From: Podarcis liolepis
Taxonomy: Eukaryota
Assembly: GCA_965112155.1 (NCBI GenBank)
Contig: OZ218101.1
DNA: 64,000 nt
Direction: 5' to 3' (one strand)
Every line of letters starts with the position of its first letter. The stretch's first letter is position 1. A program made the translations under genes and the position numbers. Below are positions 63,632 through 64,000 of the stretch, one piece after another. The notes beneath the pieces are model-generated. The model was not told the DNA's origin and did no database searches. It saw only the letters and a program-made list of their open reading frames with translations.

Positions 63632-64000
63632 CTTAAAGAAAACAACATGATTTCCTCTTGTAAACACTAGTTCAGACATTAATTGAATATTAAAGTAAAT
63701 GCCTAGCATAACAAGATTCAATTTTAAGGAAGACAGATTTTAAAGAAGGGTTGAATCTAGACTTTCCCACTTGTGAATGAAGGGGCACCTTTTGTTCACT
63801 GGGGGAATGTGGATCCAGAGAAGACTACTGCTGGAGAAAAGAGGGACGGAGAGGTAATTTTCACTAATTTTTCCTCCAGTTTCCACACCACCTCTCATTT
63901 TGTTTTTGAGGTTCCCCCGACCTCCAGTGCAGATTTGATTAATATCCCCTCTCCTCCTAACACTGGAAGCATCAAGTTAATGGGGTTTCTGCTCTTGGAA

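Larger units (their letters stand above)
1..64000 (-). other. DMD: Dystrophin gene, internal portion (intron 25 to intron 43 by human numbering)
   Basis: 18 colinear exons whose translations match dystrophin rod-domain sequence (e.g. [60 protein letters not shown]). All have AG/GT boundaries and join in frame (2858 nt). Motifs are dystrophin-type rather than utrophin-type. Confidence 0.97.

Noticed and set aside
1-64000. Utrophin identity, or a prokaryotic/viral system
   Set aside because: Exon sizes, the presence of exons 38-42 and the Dp260-type exon fit dystrophin. There are no operon-like ORFs, rRNA, CRISPR array or intact transposase/retroviral ORFs.

Overview
This is eukaryotic genomic DNA from a squamate reptile. 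A Sauria SINE plus lizard-type MITEs and LINE tails suggest a lacertid lizard (inference). The whole window lies inside the dystrophin gene (DMD) on the minus strand. Eighteen consecutive coding exons, equivalent to human exons 26-43 (central spectrin-repeat rod, about R8-R16), can be delimited with canonical GT/AG sites. They total 2858 nt, and each has the exon length I recall for human. Exon 44 and exons 1-25 lie outside the window. Intron 29 contains a 13-codon alternative first exon (MAGKKRRNLSYKK) that matches the N-terminus of the mammalian retinal isoform Dp260, with CRX/OTX-type motifs upstream. The introns hold hAT and Tc1/mariner-type MITEs (several with intact TSDs), a Sauria SINE, a tRNA-derived SINE, L2/CR1/RTE LINE 3' ends, a dispersed ~90-bp palindromic repeat and microsatellites. 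I found no prokaryotic-type system, CRISPR array, rRNA or true tRNA. The best leads are isoform-level: the lizard Dp260 exon and promoter, a possible exon-41 read-through with intronic poly(A), and candidate poison (micro)exons. All human comparisons are from memory, not from a database search.
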